A stretch of 63,222 bases of DNA, the filler included, from Deltaproteobacteria bacterium (lineage in GTDB: Bacteria > JACQOV01): NCBI GenBank assembly GCA_016202395.1. It is 3 parts of 3 records of this genome, joined end to end, with 100 filler letters (N's around TTAATTAATTAA, not from the genome) between each part and the next. Parts side by side here need not be neighbours in the genome. Positions count along the whole stretch, not along the records: positions 1 to 26,003 come from JACQOV010000078.1; positions 26,104 to 54,719 come from JACQOV010000093.1; 1 more part is not named here. One strand, 5' to 3'. Below the pieces are notes generated by a model. That model was not told the DNA's origin and did not search any database. It was given only the letters and a program-made list of their open reading frames with translations. Positions within the stretch are counted from its first letter, which is position 1; every line of letters begins with the position of its first letter. Made by a program: the position numbers and the translations under genes. This document shows, in pieces, positions 18,974-30,190 of this stretch.

Positions 18974-19603
18974 ATGATCAAGGAGAAAGTCGTCAAGCGG
19001 TACCAAAATCGAAAGCTCTATGACACGGATGAGAGCCGCTACGTGACGCTCAATGACATCGCCCGCATGATCCAAGAAGGGTACGATGTCAAAGTGGTTA
19101 ACGCAAAAACCAGTGAAGATCTAACCGCTCTCACCCTCACCCAAATTATCTTTGAAGAAGAGAAACGGAAAAAGAGCATCCTTCCCATCCAAGCTCTGAG
19201 AAAAATTATCCGATCGGGTGGGGAATCGGTGCAGGAGTTGATGGAGAAGTTTTTTGTTTCTACAGATCATACCGTCCATCATGCCAGAGAGCAAATCGAA
19301 AAATATCTGCAAAAGTTGGTCCGAGGAGGAACGCTTTCCGTCGATCAGGGTTCCGGTCTCATCCAAGAACTCTGGAATAATTACCAGCACACCTTTTCCG
19401 AGTGGCAAAAAAAAGTGGACCAGCACTTGACGCAGGCCCTCGATAAAGTGACGAAGGCTCCTATCATTCGCTCGGAAATCCGCACACTCGAAGATAAGAT
19501 CGCCAAGCTGGAAGAAGAGCTGGCGAAGGTTCGCTCTGAACGAGAGTCTCAAGAAGAAGTCGAACAAGAACCCTACAATGATAAAAAATCTGCCGCCGAG
19601 TGA
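18974..19603 (+). CDS. PhaR-like (PHA accumulation regulator DNA-binding domain) protein with coiled-coil C-terminus
   Basis: KRYxNRKLYDTxxSRYVTLxDI...EDLTxxTLxQII. Confidence 0.85.
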   Translation: MIKEKVVKRYQNRKLYDTDESRYVTLNDIARMIQEGYDVKVVNAKTSEDLTALTLTQIIFEEEKRKKSILPIQALRKIIRSGGESVQELMEKFFVSTDHTVHHAREQIEKYLQKLVRGGTLSVDQGSGLIQELWNNYQHTFSEWQKKVDQHLTQALDKVTKAPIIRSEIRTLEDKIAKLEEELAKVRSERESQEEVEQEPYNDKKSAAE

Positions 19604-20822
19604 TCTCAAAAGCGAGATCGACTCCAAGAAAAAGGTGGCCCTGATTTGCGCCGGCGGAGGCGTGACCGGCGGGGTTTATGAAATCGGATGCCTGAAGGCG
19701 CTCGATGGGATGCTGGTTAATCGGCGAGTCAACGATTTCGATATTTTTGTCGGAACGAGCGCGGGTTCGGTTGTGGCATCGGCTTTGGCTTTTGGGGTCA
19801 CCCCCGAGGAACTTTTCAAGGCCTCCATTGGAGCGGCTTCCAATTTTGGCGCATTCAATCGATCGAGCATCTTCAAACTCAACACCGTTGAACTTTTTGA
19901 GAAGCTGCTGCTCGCTCCCAAAACGGTCTACCAAATTTTTGACGCCTTCTGGAAGAACCGAGGAGACATCTCTCTCTACGATTCCATGCTCCAATTGAAT
20001 CACTTGATTCCCTCTGGAATCTTCGACAATGGCAGCCTTGAAAAATTCATTCGGGAGAATTTTTCCAGAATGGGAAAAGAAGACAGTTTTCGATCCCTTC
20101 CAAAGAATAAAGAGCTCTATCTCATTGCAACCGACCTCGACACGGGGGAACGCATGATTTTTGGAGAGGCCAGCGCTAAAGATGTCCCTATCTCTAAAGC
20201 AGTAACAGCCTCCTGCGCATTGCCACTGCTCTACAAACCAGTCCGCATCAAGGGAAGAGATTACATCGATGGCTCGATTTTAAAAACCGTCCACATGGAT
20301 GTTCCCATGCACCATGGAGCGGACCTTATCATCTGCATTAATCCTCTCGTTCCTGTCTTTAATAATCCAGAAGCCCCCCATCACACACTCTCGGCGGATG
20401 CCCCTCGGCATCTGAGCCAACGTGGGCTTCTCACAATCCTCGACCAGGTTTTTCGGATTGCTCTTCATTCTCGGCTTCAATATGGAATCGAGCAATTTAG
20501 CGAAAAATTCCCCGAAGTGGACATCATCTTAATTGAACCGGAACGAACCGATTACGTGATGTTCTTTTACAACATCATGCGATACTCGGCCCGGATTCTC
20601 ATCGCGGAACACGGCTTCAAGAAAACTCGGGAGAAACTGGAAGAGCGCTTCTCTCATTATCGAGAGATTTTTCTACGACACGGAATCCGAATCTCTCGTC
20701 GGATTATCGATGAAGAGTATGAAGAGATGAAAAAAGACCAATTTTCGGTTAGCACCATCGTGCGGGTTCTCGCAAGTCTTACTGGAAATAACAAGGAAAG
20801 CAAATTACGAAAAAGCAGTTAA
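19578..20822 (+). CDS. Patatin-like phospholipase / possible PHA depolymerase
   Basis: GGGxxG, GTSAG nucleophile, ATDLDTG, YIDG. Confidence 0.88.
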   Translation: MIKNLPPSDLKSEIDSKKKVALICAGGGVTGGVYEIGCLKALDGMLVNRRVNDFDIFVGTSAGSVVASALAFGVTPEELFKASIGAASNFGAFNRSSIFKLNTVELFEKLLLAPKTVYQIFDAFWKNRGDISLYDSMLQLNHLIPSGIFDNGSLEKFIRENFSRMGKEDSFRSLPKNKELYLIATDLDTGERMIFGEASAKDVPISKAVTASCALPLLYKPVRIKGRDYIDGSILKTVHMDVPMHHGADLIICINPLVPVFNNPEAPHHTLSADAPRHLSQRGLLTILDQVFRIALHSRLQYGIEQFSEKFPEVDIILIEPERTDYVMFFYNIMRYSARILIAEHGFKKTREKLEERFSHYREIFLRHGIRISRRIIDEEYEEMKKDQFSVSTIVRVLASLTGNNKESKLRKSS

Positions 20823-21629
20823 CAGGGTGGGCCGCTCCATTTTGTTGAGCGCTTGTTCTCGAGGCGCTCCAACAGAGGCAATTTCTTCAGCCACCTCCGC
20901 TAAAGTTTGAGCTCCCGAAGAACCCGGACTATACTCCCAGATGGTCAAACCATGGCTTTGAGCCTCGTCGATTTTCACGTTGTAACCCAAGATCGCTTTT
21001 GAAATTTTCCCCCCCATATGCTCCTTGAGCTTCTCCAACACCGCATTGGCCATTCGGGTATTTCGGTAAAGAGTGGGGACGACAAGGGACACTTCGAGAG
21101 CATCGTAATGGAAATTAGTTCTGATCTGATGGACCGTGTCCAAGATTTCGGCGCACCCATCCAAAGCAAAATAGGTCAATGACACGGGGATAACAATCTC
21201 TTGAACCGCAAGAAGGATGTTCAATGTGATCAACCCCAGCGAGGGAGGAGAATCAAAGAGGATGTAATCATAACCTTGAATGGTATCTATTTTCGATTTG
21301 AGCCGCACATGTCGATCCTCGCTATTGGCGATAATCAAAGGGAAATCGGCGAGGGTTTTGTTCGAAATAATAAGATCCAGACCCGGGATCCTTGAAGAGA
21401 GGATCATCTCAGAAGGGTCCAAATCGGGATTGGCTAAAACGTTATAAATGCTTTTATCCATGGTCCGAACATCGATCCCCAATGACTTACCCACCTGTCC
21501 TTGCGGATCCATATCGACGATAAGGACCTTTTTCCTCTGCGTCAAAGCGAAATACGCCCCCACATTGACTGTCAGGGTCGTCTTGCAGCTTCCCCCTTTC
21601 TCGTTAACGAACGCAATCCGTCGTGTCAT
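20805..21629 (-). CDS. ParA/Soj family ATPase (no adjacent parB)
   Basis: NEKGGSCKTT, DMDPQG, DSPPSLG. Confidence 0.9.
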   Translation of the reverse strand: MTRRIAFVNEKGGSCKTTLTVNVGAYFALTQRKKVLIVDMDPQGQVGKSLGIDVRTMDKSIYNVLANPDLDPSEMILSSRIPGLDLIISNKTLADFPLIIANSEDRHVRLKSKIDTIQGYDYILFDSPPSLGLITLNILLAVQEIVIPVSLTYFALDGCAEILDTVHQIRTNFHYDALEVSLVVPTLYRNTRMANAVLEKLKEHMGGKISKAILGYNVKIDEAQSHGLTIWEYSPGSSGAQTLAEVAEEIASVGAPREQALNKMERPTLLTAFS

Positions 21630-21729
21630 AGATCTTTTGAGGATAATCCTTTTGCCTCGGAAGTCAAGGCATCTTCAACCCCAGAGGCTCTCCCAATTTT
21701 TCTCATAGGCGCTGAACCCGTGCACCCAC

Positions 21730-21758
21730 TTGACAGCCCCGACGCGGCGCATTAGTAT
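21730..21758 (+). promoter_or_regulatory. Sigma70-type promoter
   Basis: TTGACA-17-TAGTAT upstream of the small lipoprotein gene. Confidence 0.65.
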
Positions 21759-21792
21759 GAGCCTTGGGTTTTTACCCAAGGAGGTTAGCTTA

Positions 21793-22029
21793 ATGAACAA
21801 AGTGATGATGTTGATTGTTTGCAGTGTACTCGCTCTCGGGGTTTTTGGTTGCAGTAAAAAGGCATCCGAAGAGACCCAGATGAGCGAAACGGCAACGGCT
21901 GTGGAACCAGCCCAAGAAGCGGCTCCGACAGCTCCTGCGGAGGGAACTCCAACGGAAGGGACGACTCAAGAGGCAGCGCCCGTTCAGCCAGCTGAGCAGC
22001 AACAGCAAGCAGCTCCAGCGACAGAGTAA
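21793..22029 (+). CDS. Small acidic Ala/Pro/Glu/Gln-rich lipoprotein
   Basis: AAGGAGG RBS; MNK + hydrophobic stretch + VFGC lipobox; low-complexity tail. Confidence 0.75.
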   Translation: MNKVMMLIVCSVLALGVFGCSKKASEETQMSETATAVEPAQEAAPTAPAEGTPTEGTTQEAAPVQPAEQQQQAAPATE

Positions 22030-22053
22030 GTTTTATCACTGCAAAAAATGGAA

Positions 22054-22094
22054 ACCACCACAGAGGGGAGAGAGTTCTCCCCTCTCGTCGTGGT
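22054..22094. terminator. Hairpin between convergent genes, probable terminator
   Basis: AGAGGGGAGA-gagt-TCTCCCCTCT with an accac/gtggt extension. Confidence 0.55.
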
Positions 22095-22121
22095 GTTATA
22101 TTACAAGCGTACACCTCTGAA

Positions 22122-22853
22122 TTACTCGATGCGAAGGATGCTGCCATGGGGTAAATTTTCTTGGAGATACCGGACAGCCCTCTGGACAGAACCCTCATCC
22201 TTCGATTCGACGGTCACGAGCACTTGATACTCCGGTTGGTCCCATCGTGGGTAAGAACCCACCTTGATCGTAGGGATCCTCTCAATGGCCTGTTCCAGAA
22301 TTGCCGCAATCTCAACCTCACCCACCGTGAGATAAACTTTATTCAGAAAGTAAGGGGCTGCGCGGAATCGCTCTTTCACGGCTTCAAATTTCCTTCGAAA
22401 AATCTGAGGGACCCCCGGGAAAATATATAGATTGCGAAAGGTAATTAACGGAAAAAGCAGTGAGTCTCCCCATAAAAGCTTCGCTCCCTCGGGAACCTCT
22501 GTCATTTTTAAGGCGGCCTCTGGAATGTTATTTCCAAAATGTTTTCTTAACGGCTTCTCCAACTCTGCCAATCGCACCACCGGAACCCCAAAACCGTTGG
22601 CAATCCCTTCGATCGTTACATCGTCATGCGTGGGCCCTACCCCTCCGGATGTAAAAACATAATCGAACTGCCTAGAAAAATGGGCGGCCCCTTCTCCAAT
22701 GACCGAAACCACATCCGGCAGGACCGAAAGACGTTGGACATCGACTCCCAATTGACGAAGCTCCCGACAGAGATAAGGAGAGTTCTGATCCTCCACCTTT
22801 CCTGAAAGCACTTCATCTCCAATGATGAGAATCCCCGCGGTACGATGAGTCAT
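22122..22853 (-). CDS. CinA-like molybdopterin-binding domain protein
   Basis: IIGDEVLSGKVEDQN, TSGGVGPTHDDVT, FPGVP, VGSYP. Confidence 0.85.
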   Translation of the reverse strand: MTHRTAGILIIGDEVLSGKVEDQNSPYLCRELRQLGVDVQRLSVLPDVVSVIGEGAAHFSRQFDYVFTSGGVGPTHDDVTIEGIANGFGVPVVRLAELEKPLRKHFGNNIPEAALKMTEVPEGAKLLWGDSLLFPLITFRNLYIFPGVPQIFRRKFEAVKERFRAAPYFLNKVYLTVGEVEIAAILEQAIERIPTIKVGSYPRWDQPEYQVLVTVESKDEGSVQRAVRYLQENLPHGSILRIE

Positions 22854-22858
22854 CCAAA

Positions 22859-23668
22859 TTAGCCTTTCTCTGCGGCGATGCGATCTCGATACCGGATGCT
22901 TAAGAAATCGACCCATCCTGGCGCGATCTCGTTAAATAGTCCTAACCAACGGGAGGGATATAACGGATAAACCCTGGGCTTAGGCCGAATTGCGCAACGA
23001 ATAATCGACTGAGCTACCGTCTGCGCGGACTGCACCATCCCCACCGGCCTAAAAGTTCTGCCGCTTAAACGCGAGGCCGTCTCGAAAAATTCGGTTTCTG
23101 TGGCTGCTGGGAGAACGATACTCACCTGAATTCCCGTTCCATGAAGTTCCATCCGAAGGGCATCGTTTAAAGCAAGCAAAGCAAATTTCGAAGCGCAATA
23201 ACCACTATAAAACGGAAACGAAACCTTGGACCCCACCGTAGCCACATTGATAATGTGGCCCTGGCCTTGACGTCGCATGTGCGGCAGAACCGCTTGAATC
23301 CCGTAGAAAGGACCAAAGAGATTGACCTCCATTAACTGATGAAGATTCTCCGAGGTCATCTCCTCCACACGAGCCGACAGTCCAAAGCCTGCGTTGTTGA
23401 TAAGCAAATCGATGTGCCCCCACTTCTGAAGAACCTTCTCCACCCCCTCCCGCACTTTATCAGAGAGGGTCACATCGAGGGGCAAGATCCAGGCCTCACC
23501 CCCCTTTTTTTGGATCTCTTGAGCCACCTCCTGGAGTCGATCCTCTCGACGCGCCATTAAAGCGACCTTGGCCCCCTCCTCCGCTAAACCGATGGCTGTG
23601 GCCCGACCAATACCGCTGGAAGCCCCTGTGACAACTGCGATTTTTTCGAATAATCTACCCTTCTTCAT
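22859..23668 (-). CDS. Short-chain dehydrogenase/reductase
   Basis: TGASSGIG, NNAG, YCASK. Confidence 0.92.
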   Translation of the reverse strand: MKKGRLFEKIAVVTGASSGIGRATAIGLAEEGAKVALMARREDRLQEVAQEIQKKGGEAWILPLDVTLSDKVREGVEKVLQKWGHIDLLINNAGFGLSARVEEMTSENLHQLMEVNLFGPFYGIQAVLPHMRRQGQGHIINVATVGSKVSFPFYSGYCASKFALLALNDALRMELHGTGIQVSIVLPAATETEFFETASRLSGRTFRPVGMVQSAQTVAQSIIRCAIRPKPRVYPLYPSRWLGLFNEIAPGWVDFLSIRYRDRIAAEKG

Positions 23669-23754
23669 GGCCTACTCCTCTCCCTCCCCTGCTTCAAATT
23701 AACACACCCCAACCCTAGGAGACAAGGAAGATTTTAAATGATACACTTCTCCCT

Positions 23755-25116
23755 ATGTTTTTTCGCTGCATCGCCATCGCCTTGACTCTACTGACCATCG
23801 ATTGCATGGCTTGGAGACTTCCGGAATCGCCACGACGTCGGGTGGAGATCGAAAAAGAGATCGGCAATGACTTTGCCGTTCGCGCGGCTCAGACCTTCCA
23901 ATTTGTGGAGGAAGATGAGGTGGTAGAGTTTGTTCGAACCATGGGGACCCACATCGTCCAAACGGTGGGGCGAAGCCCTTATAGCTACCGGTTTTCCATC
24001 GTGGTTGAACCCAGCATTAATGCCTTCGCCGTCCCGGGCGGATATGTTTATATCCACACCGGCTTGATCGCAGAGGTTTCAAGCCCCGATGAATTGGCAG
24101 GAGTGCTCGCTCACGAAATCGGGCACGTTGAGGCCAATCATTTCCTGCGACGCTATGAAAAATCAGGGCAAACGAACATCGCATCCATCGCGGCCTCAGC
24201 GCTTGCCTTAATCTTCCTCCCTCCAAAAGAGGGGATCGCGGTAGCAACCGCGGCGCAAGCCACGAACATCGCCAAACAGCTTCAATATACTCGAGAGATG
24301 GAATCGGAGGCCGATCTGCTCGCGCTCAAGTATCTTTCCAAAGCCCACTACGATCCCGAAGGGCTCACCCAATTCCTAGAAAAATTGAAATCCCCTGTGG
24401 AAATCCCTCGATACCTTTTAACACACCCTTTAAGTCAAGAGCGAATTGGAGCCATTTATCAAAATCTCCCTAATTTCCCTTACGAGCCTCATCGAGAAAC
24501 CGATTTATTAGCCTTTCACAAAATCCAAGCCATTGTCCGGGCTCAATCTCAACCAATCACCCAAGTTTTGCCCGCTTACGAGAAAAGAGCAAAGAACGCA
24601 GAAGGGCATTTTTTACTGGGCATCGTTCAAAAATGGACCGGCTCCCCTCTGGATGCGCAAAGGTCGTTTGAAAAGGCGATCTCGCTGGACCCCAAGCCTC
24701 CGGAGTTCTATCTGGAACTGGCCTCTGTCCTCTCCACACTCGGGAGTGAAAAAGCGGCTCAGGAGAGAATAAAACAGGCCCAAGAGATTGCCCCGGAAAA
24801 CCCGGCTGTTTTAAATATTGTCACTCAAATTCATGAACAAAGAGAGGAATGGGATCAAGCCATTCCTCTCTTAACAAAACTCTTAAGCCTACGCGCCTAC
24901 TCCTCCCAAATTCATTATCGTTTGGGCATTGCCTATGGAAGGAATGGGGATCCCGCAGCAGGTCACTTCCATTTAGGGGAAAGCTACCTCATTCAATGGG
25001 ACTTCGTGCGAGCTCGACAACATTTCTCAAAGGCCTCTGAGCTTTATGGGAAAGAGACAGAGCTGGGTCAAAAAGCCCTCAAAAAACTCAAAGAGATCGA
25101 CGCCCTGGAGTCCTAA
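23755..25116 (+). CDS. M48 metalloprotease with TPR repeats (BepA/YfgC-like)
   Basis: INAFAVPGG, HEIGH, ExEAD, YLLTHP, C-terminal TPRs. Confidence 0.9.
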   Translation: MFFRCIAIALTLLTIDCMAWRLPESPRRRVEIEKEIGNDFAVRAAQTFQFVEEDEVVEFVRTMGTHIVQTVGRSPYSYRFSIVVEPSINAFAVPGGYVYIHTGLIAEVSSPDELAGVLAHEIGHVEANHFLRRYEKSGQTNIASIAASALALIFLPPKEGIAVATAAQATNIAKQLQYTREMESEADLLALKYLSKAHYDPEGLTQFLEKLKSPVEIPRYLLTHPLSQERIGAIYQNLPNFPYEPHRETDLLAFHKIQAIVRAQSQPITQVLPAYEKRAKNAEGHFLLGIVQKWTGSPLDAQRSFEKAISLDPKPPEFYLELASVLSTLGSEKAAQERIKQAQEIAPENPAVLNIVTQIHEQREEWDQAIPLLTKLLSLRAYSSQIHYRLGIAYGRNGDPAAGHFHLGESYLIQWDFVRARQHFSKASELYGKETELGQKALKKLKEIDALES

Positions 25117-25125
25117 TTTCTAACT

Positions 25126-26003
25126 ATGCAAAATTTTATTAAACGTGTCATTACGCGTGTATTGAAGACGGAGAGGTTTCAAAAATGGATCGCGGCGTGG
25201 GTGGTTCTCCTCCTGCTCGCTTTTGTGGCGGTATCGCTCTATCGGGAGTTCCGGAAAACGGAAGAGATCGAGCTTCTTCAGATGGAAGAGCGCAAGCCTC
25301 CCCAGGCCTTTTTCCATCTGGGGGATTCCCTTGGTTCTTCGCAGGTAGTGGTTGACGGTTCGGGATTGGTGGTGCAGGTGAACAGCTATTCTCCGTATGG
25401 GGAGATTCTTTCAGAACCGCATAAGGAACAATCGATCGATCATCTCTACACAGGACAGGAGCTCGATCGATCAACAGGGCTTTATAACTATGGCGCACGG
25501 GCTTATGATTCCGCAACATCGCGTTTTCTCAGTGTTGACCGCGTTCATCAATCGCCAAGTCCCTACACCTATTCGGGAAACAGCCCTGTTCAATATTTGG
25601 ATCCTGACGGGAATAGCTATAAGGAATCAGACGGTTCTTCCCTTCAACCGATAATGACGGCTGATTTAAGGACAATCGACATCGGAAGTATCAAGAGATT
25701 GCATCCTTGGGATCCGACAGTCGATCTTAAAACTTTGCCGCCTCATGTGGAGCTACGAGCTATTTCCCATTCGAATGGATCAAAAACTTATTTTCTAAGG
25801 GAGCGTCCGATGGTGATAATGGATCCGGATATATCTGTTCGTTTTTTTGGTCGTTCGCTCCAAAGAGAGAAACCGTCCCCAGAAAAAACAAAATTGCCAG
25901 AGGAATTTGTAGTTTTTGTAAAGGGATTTCTCGAGGAAGAAATTCAGGAGCAGGGACGTGGGCCAACAGAATTTATCTCTTGGAACCTTTTTAATGATAA
26001 GAA
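25126..26003 (+). CDS. RHS repeat-associated core domain protein with N-terminal TM anchor (3' truncated at contig end)
   Basis: DSLGS, YSPYG, YTGQELDxxTGLYNYGARAYD, RFLSVD, YTYSGNSPVxxLDPDG; hydrophobic residues 21-39. Confidence 0.85.
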
Positions 26004-26103
26004 NNNNNNNNNNNNNNNNNNNNNNNNNNNNNNNNNNNNNNNNNNNNTTAATTAATTAANNNNNNNNNNNNNNNNNNNNNNNNNNNNNNNNNNNNNNNNN
26101 NNN
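26004..26103. other. Artificial contig linker
   Basis: N-run with TTAATTAATTAA (stops in all six frames) in the middle. Confidence 0.97.
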
Positions 26104-26116
26104 AAAGGGCGATGTC

Positions 26117-27430
<1,314 letters not shown>

Positions 27431-29014
27431 TTAGAGGGTCACCTGTGTGGCAGAGATAATATTGGGCAATTTCCGGACCTGTTCAAGCAACTCTTTATTC
27501 AACGACTGATCAATATTGAGAAGAGAAATCGCTCGGCCGCCCGGAGTTTCACGCCCAATCTGCATCCGCGCCACGTTAATTCCGTTGCTGCCAAGAATCG
27601 TTCCGATGTCCCCGATCACGCCCGGTTTGTCCCAGTTTTCCAAAAACAAAATATTGCCATGAGGAATGGCCTCTAAGAAAAATCCATCCACTCGAACAAT
27701 GCGAGGCTCTTTATGCCCAAACATCGCCCCCGCGATTCTCCGCTCCCCCTTAGAAGTTTTAATGGTAATGGTAATCAAACTCGCAAAGTCTTTAGGTTGA
27801 GAGGCCTTGGATTCGACCACCCGAATTCCGCGTTCTTTAGCCATGACCGGGGCATTCACGTAGTTTACAAAATCAGAGATGGGCGTGAGGAGCCCTTTCA
27901 ATGCGGCCATGGTGAGAGGGCGAGTGTCGTACTCCGCCACATCGCCACTGAATTCGATGACAACCTCTTGAATGGGACCCGGAGCCAGCTGCGTTTGAAG
28001 AGACCCCATCTTTTCAGCCAGCACGGAATAAGGCTGAAGGGTTTTTGCGGCTTCCGGAGACATCGTCGGAAAATTCACGGCATTTTTAATCGTGCCGTAT
28101 TTGAAAAACTCGACCATCTGTTGGGCGACATCCATCGCGACATTGAGCTGTGCCTCCGCGGTTGCCGCCCCCAAGTGAGGCGTGACCACCACCTGATCCA
28201 TGGTGATTAAAGGATTCTCTTTGGGCGGCTCTTCCGAAAAGACATCGAGCGCCGCTCCAGCAATGCGATTCGATTTGAGCGCCTCATAAAGAGCCGCTTC
28301 ATCGACAATCCCTCCACGCGCACAATTAATAATGATCGCCTTGGGCTTCATCTTCGCAAAAGCGGTCTTGCCGACCAAACCTTTTGTTTCCGGCGTAAGC
28401 GGCGCGTGAACGGTAATAAAATCAGAGCGTTCATAGAGGGCATCGAGAGAAACAAGCTCAATCTTCATCTTTTGAGCTTTCTCTTCGGTCACAAACGGAT
28501 CACAGGCGATTACTTTCATCCCTAACCCTTGAGCTCGGTTCGCCACAATTCCGCCAATATTCCCAACTCCGATGACCCCCAAAGTTTTGTTGCAAACCTC
28601 CACTCCTGTAAATTTGCTCTTCTCCCATTTTCCTTGGCGCATCGAGAGAGTGGCCTGAGGAATCTTTCGAGCGGTCGCCATCAACATGGCAATGGCATGT
28701 TCAGCTGTCGTGGTCATATTGCCGGTCGGGGTGTTCATGACAATAACCCCATGGCGGCTTGCTGCGGGGACATCGATATTATCCACCCCAATTCCTGCGC
28801 GACCGATCACTTTGAGACTCTTGGCAGCCTCCAAAACAGTGGCGGTGACGGTGGTGCTGCTTCGAACCACGAGCCCCTCATAATTCCCAATGATGGCGCA
28901 AAGCTCCTGTTCAGAGAGCCCCGTTTTCACATCGGTTTGGATGAGCCCCGATTCTCTCTCGAGAATGGCTAATCCTTCTGACGAAAGTTTGTCCGATACT
29001 AAAACGCGAGTCAT
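27431..29014 (-). CDS. serA: D-3-phosphoglycerate dehydrogenase (long form with ACT domain)
   Basis: RAGIGVDNID, INCARGG, TPHLGA, C-terminal DKPGVIG ACT domain. Confidence 0.96.
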   Translation of the reverse strand: MTRVLVSDKLSSEGLAILERESGLIQTDVKTGLSEQELCAIIGNYEGLVVRSSTTVTATVLEAAKSLKVIGRAGIGVDNIDVPAASRHGVIVMNTPTGNMTTTAEHAIAMLMATARKIPQATLSMRQGKWEKSKFTGVEVCNKTLGVIGVGNIGGIVANRAQGLGMKVIACDPFVTEEKAQKMKIELVSLDALYERSDFITVHAPLTPETKGLVGKTAFAKMKPKAIIINCARGGIVDEAALYEALKSNRIAGAALDVFSEEPPKENPLITMDQVVVTPHLGAATAEAQLNVAMDVAQQMVEFFKYGTIKNAVNFPTMSPEAAKTLQPYSVLAEKMGSLQTQLAPGPIQEVVIEFSGDVAEYDTRPLTMAALKGLLTPISDFVNYVNAPVMAKERGIRVVESKASQPKDFASLITITIKTSKGERRIAGAMFGHKEPRIVRVDGFFLEAIPHGNILFLENWDKPGVIGDIGTILGSNGINVARMQIGRETPGGRAISLLNIDQSLNKELLEQVRKLPNIISATQVTL

Positions 29015-29023
29015 GGTTTCTCC

Positions 29024-30190
29024 TTAAGCAACCGCGGCTTTCGCCATTGCCGGTTGAGTCATAAATTCAGCTTCGGCGGCGGCTACCGCTCTGCCCAACT
29101 CCACAGAAAATCCAAGATCATTTAGCGCCATCTCCAAAGCGGACAACGAAACAATAATATCAAATCGATCGTAGTAACCGAGATGGGCGATTCGGAAGAT
29201 CTTGCCCTTCGCATCCCCCTGCCCCCCCGCAATAGTCACATGATAATGATTTTTCAAGCGCTTCACAATCTCCTGCGCATCTAATCCTGCAGGAGATTTG
29301 ACCGAGGTCACCGCCGCGCTGGGACTATGAGGAGCATAAAGCTCTAGCCCAATCGCCTGAGCCCCTGCGCGCGTGGCTCGCGCGAGCTTGTCGTGGCGCT
29401 CAAAAATGGCGGGCAACCCCTCTTTCTGCATCATCTGGAGCGACTTTTGCAAACCAATAACGAGCGAAACAGCTGGCGTATAAGCAGTCTGATTCGTCAA
29501 ATGATTCTTCTTCTCTTTTTTCACATTAAAATAAAATTTCGGCAGATCCGATTTTTCGGCCGCCTTCCAAGCCTTCTCACTCAAAGCGATGAAAGCAAGC
29601 CCTGGCGGAAGCATTAATGCCTTCTGAGATCCCGTTACCACTACATCGAGCCCCCATAAATCCATCGGAAGGTCCACAACCCCCAAGGCCGTAATGGCAT
29701 CGACGACTAAAAGGATGTCCGTGTTGCGAGTGATTTCCGAAATCTCTTTTATTGGATGGGACGCGCCAGTAGAAGTCTCGCTTGCCTGAACAAAAACGGC
29801 TTTGATGTCGGGACTCCTCTTTAAAGCCTCTCGAATTTGATTCGGATCAACCGCCTCCCCCCAGGTTACATCGATGTTCGTGGTTTTTACTCCGTAGGCT
29901 TTGCAGATCTCGGCCCAGCGTTCCCCAAATTTCCCGCCACGCACTACCAAAGCGTGATCCCCTTTGCACAAAGTGTTCGTCACCGCCGCTTCCATGGCCC
30001 CGGTTCCAGACGAGGCAAAGATTAAAACCTCTTCTTTGGTCTGATAAAGCCATTTTAAACCTTTGCGAACCTCTTCAAAAAGAGGAATAAAATCGGCCGC
30101 CCGATGGTGAATGATCGGTTTGGCCATGGCTAGAAGAACTTCTTCAGGGACGGGGGTGGGCCCCGGTGTCAGCAGATATCGCTTATTCAT
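29024..30190 (-). CDS. Class V PLP aminotransferase (alanine-glyoxylate / serine-pyruvate family)
   Basis: [38 protein letters not shown]. Confidence 0.9.
   Translation of the reverse strand: MNKRYLLTPGPTPVPEEVLLAMAKPIIHHRAADFIPLFEEVRKGLKWLYQTKEEVLIFASSGTGAMEAAVTNTLCKGDHALVVRGGKFGERWAEICKAYGVKTTNIDVTWGEAVDPNQIREALKRSPDIKAVFVQASETSTGASHPIKEISEITRNTDILLVVDAITALGVVDLPMDLWGLDVVVTGSQKALMLPPGLAFIALSEKAWKAAEKSDLPKFYFNVKKEKKNHLTNQTAYTPAVSLVIGLQKSLQMMQKEGLPAIFERHDKLARATRAGAQAIGLELYAPHSPSAAVTSVKSPAGLDAQEIVKRLKNHYHVTIAGGQGDAKGKIFRIAHLGYYDRFDIIVSLSALEMALNDLGFSVELGRAVAAAEAEFMTQPAMAKAAVA

Noticed and set aside
26004-26103. TTAATTAATTAA palindrome within an N-run (also 54720-54819)
   Set aside because: Artificial contig linker, not biological.
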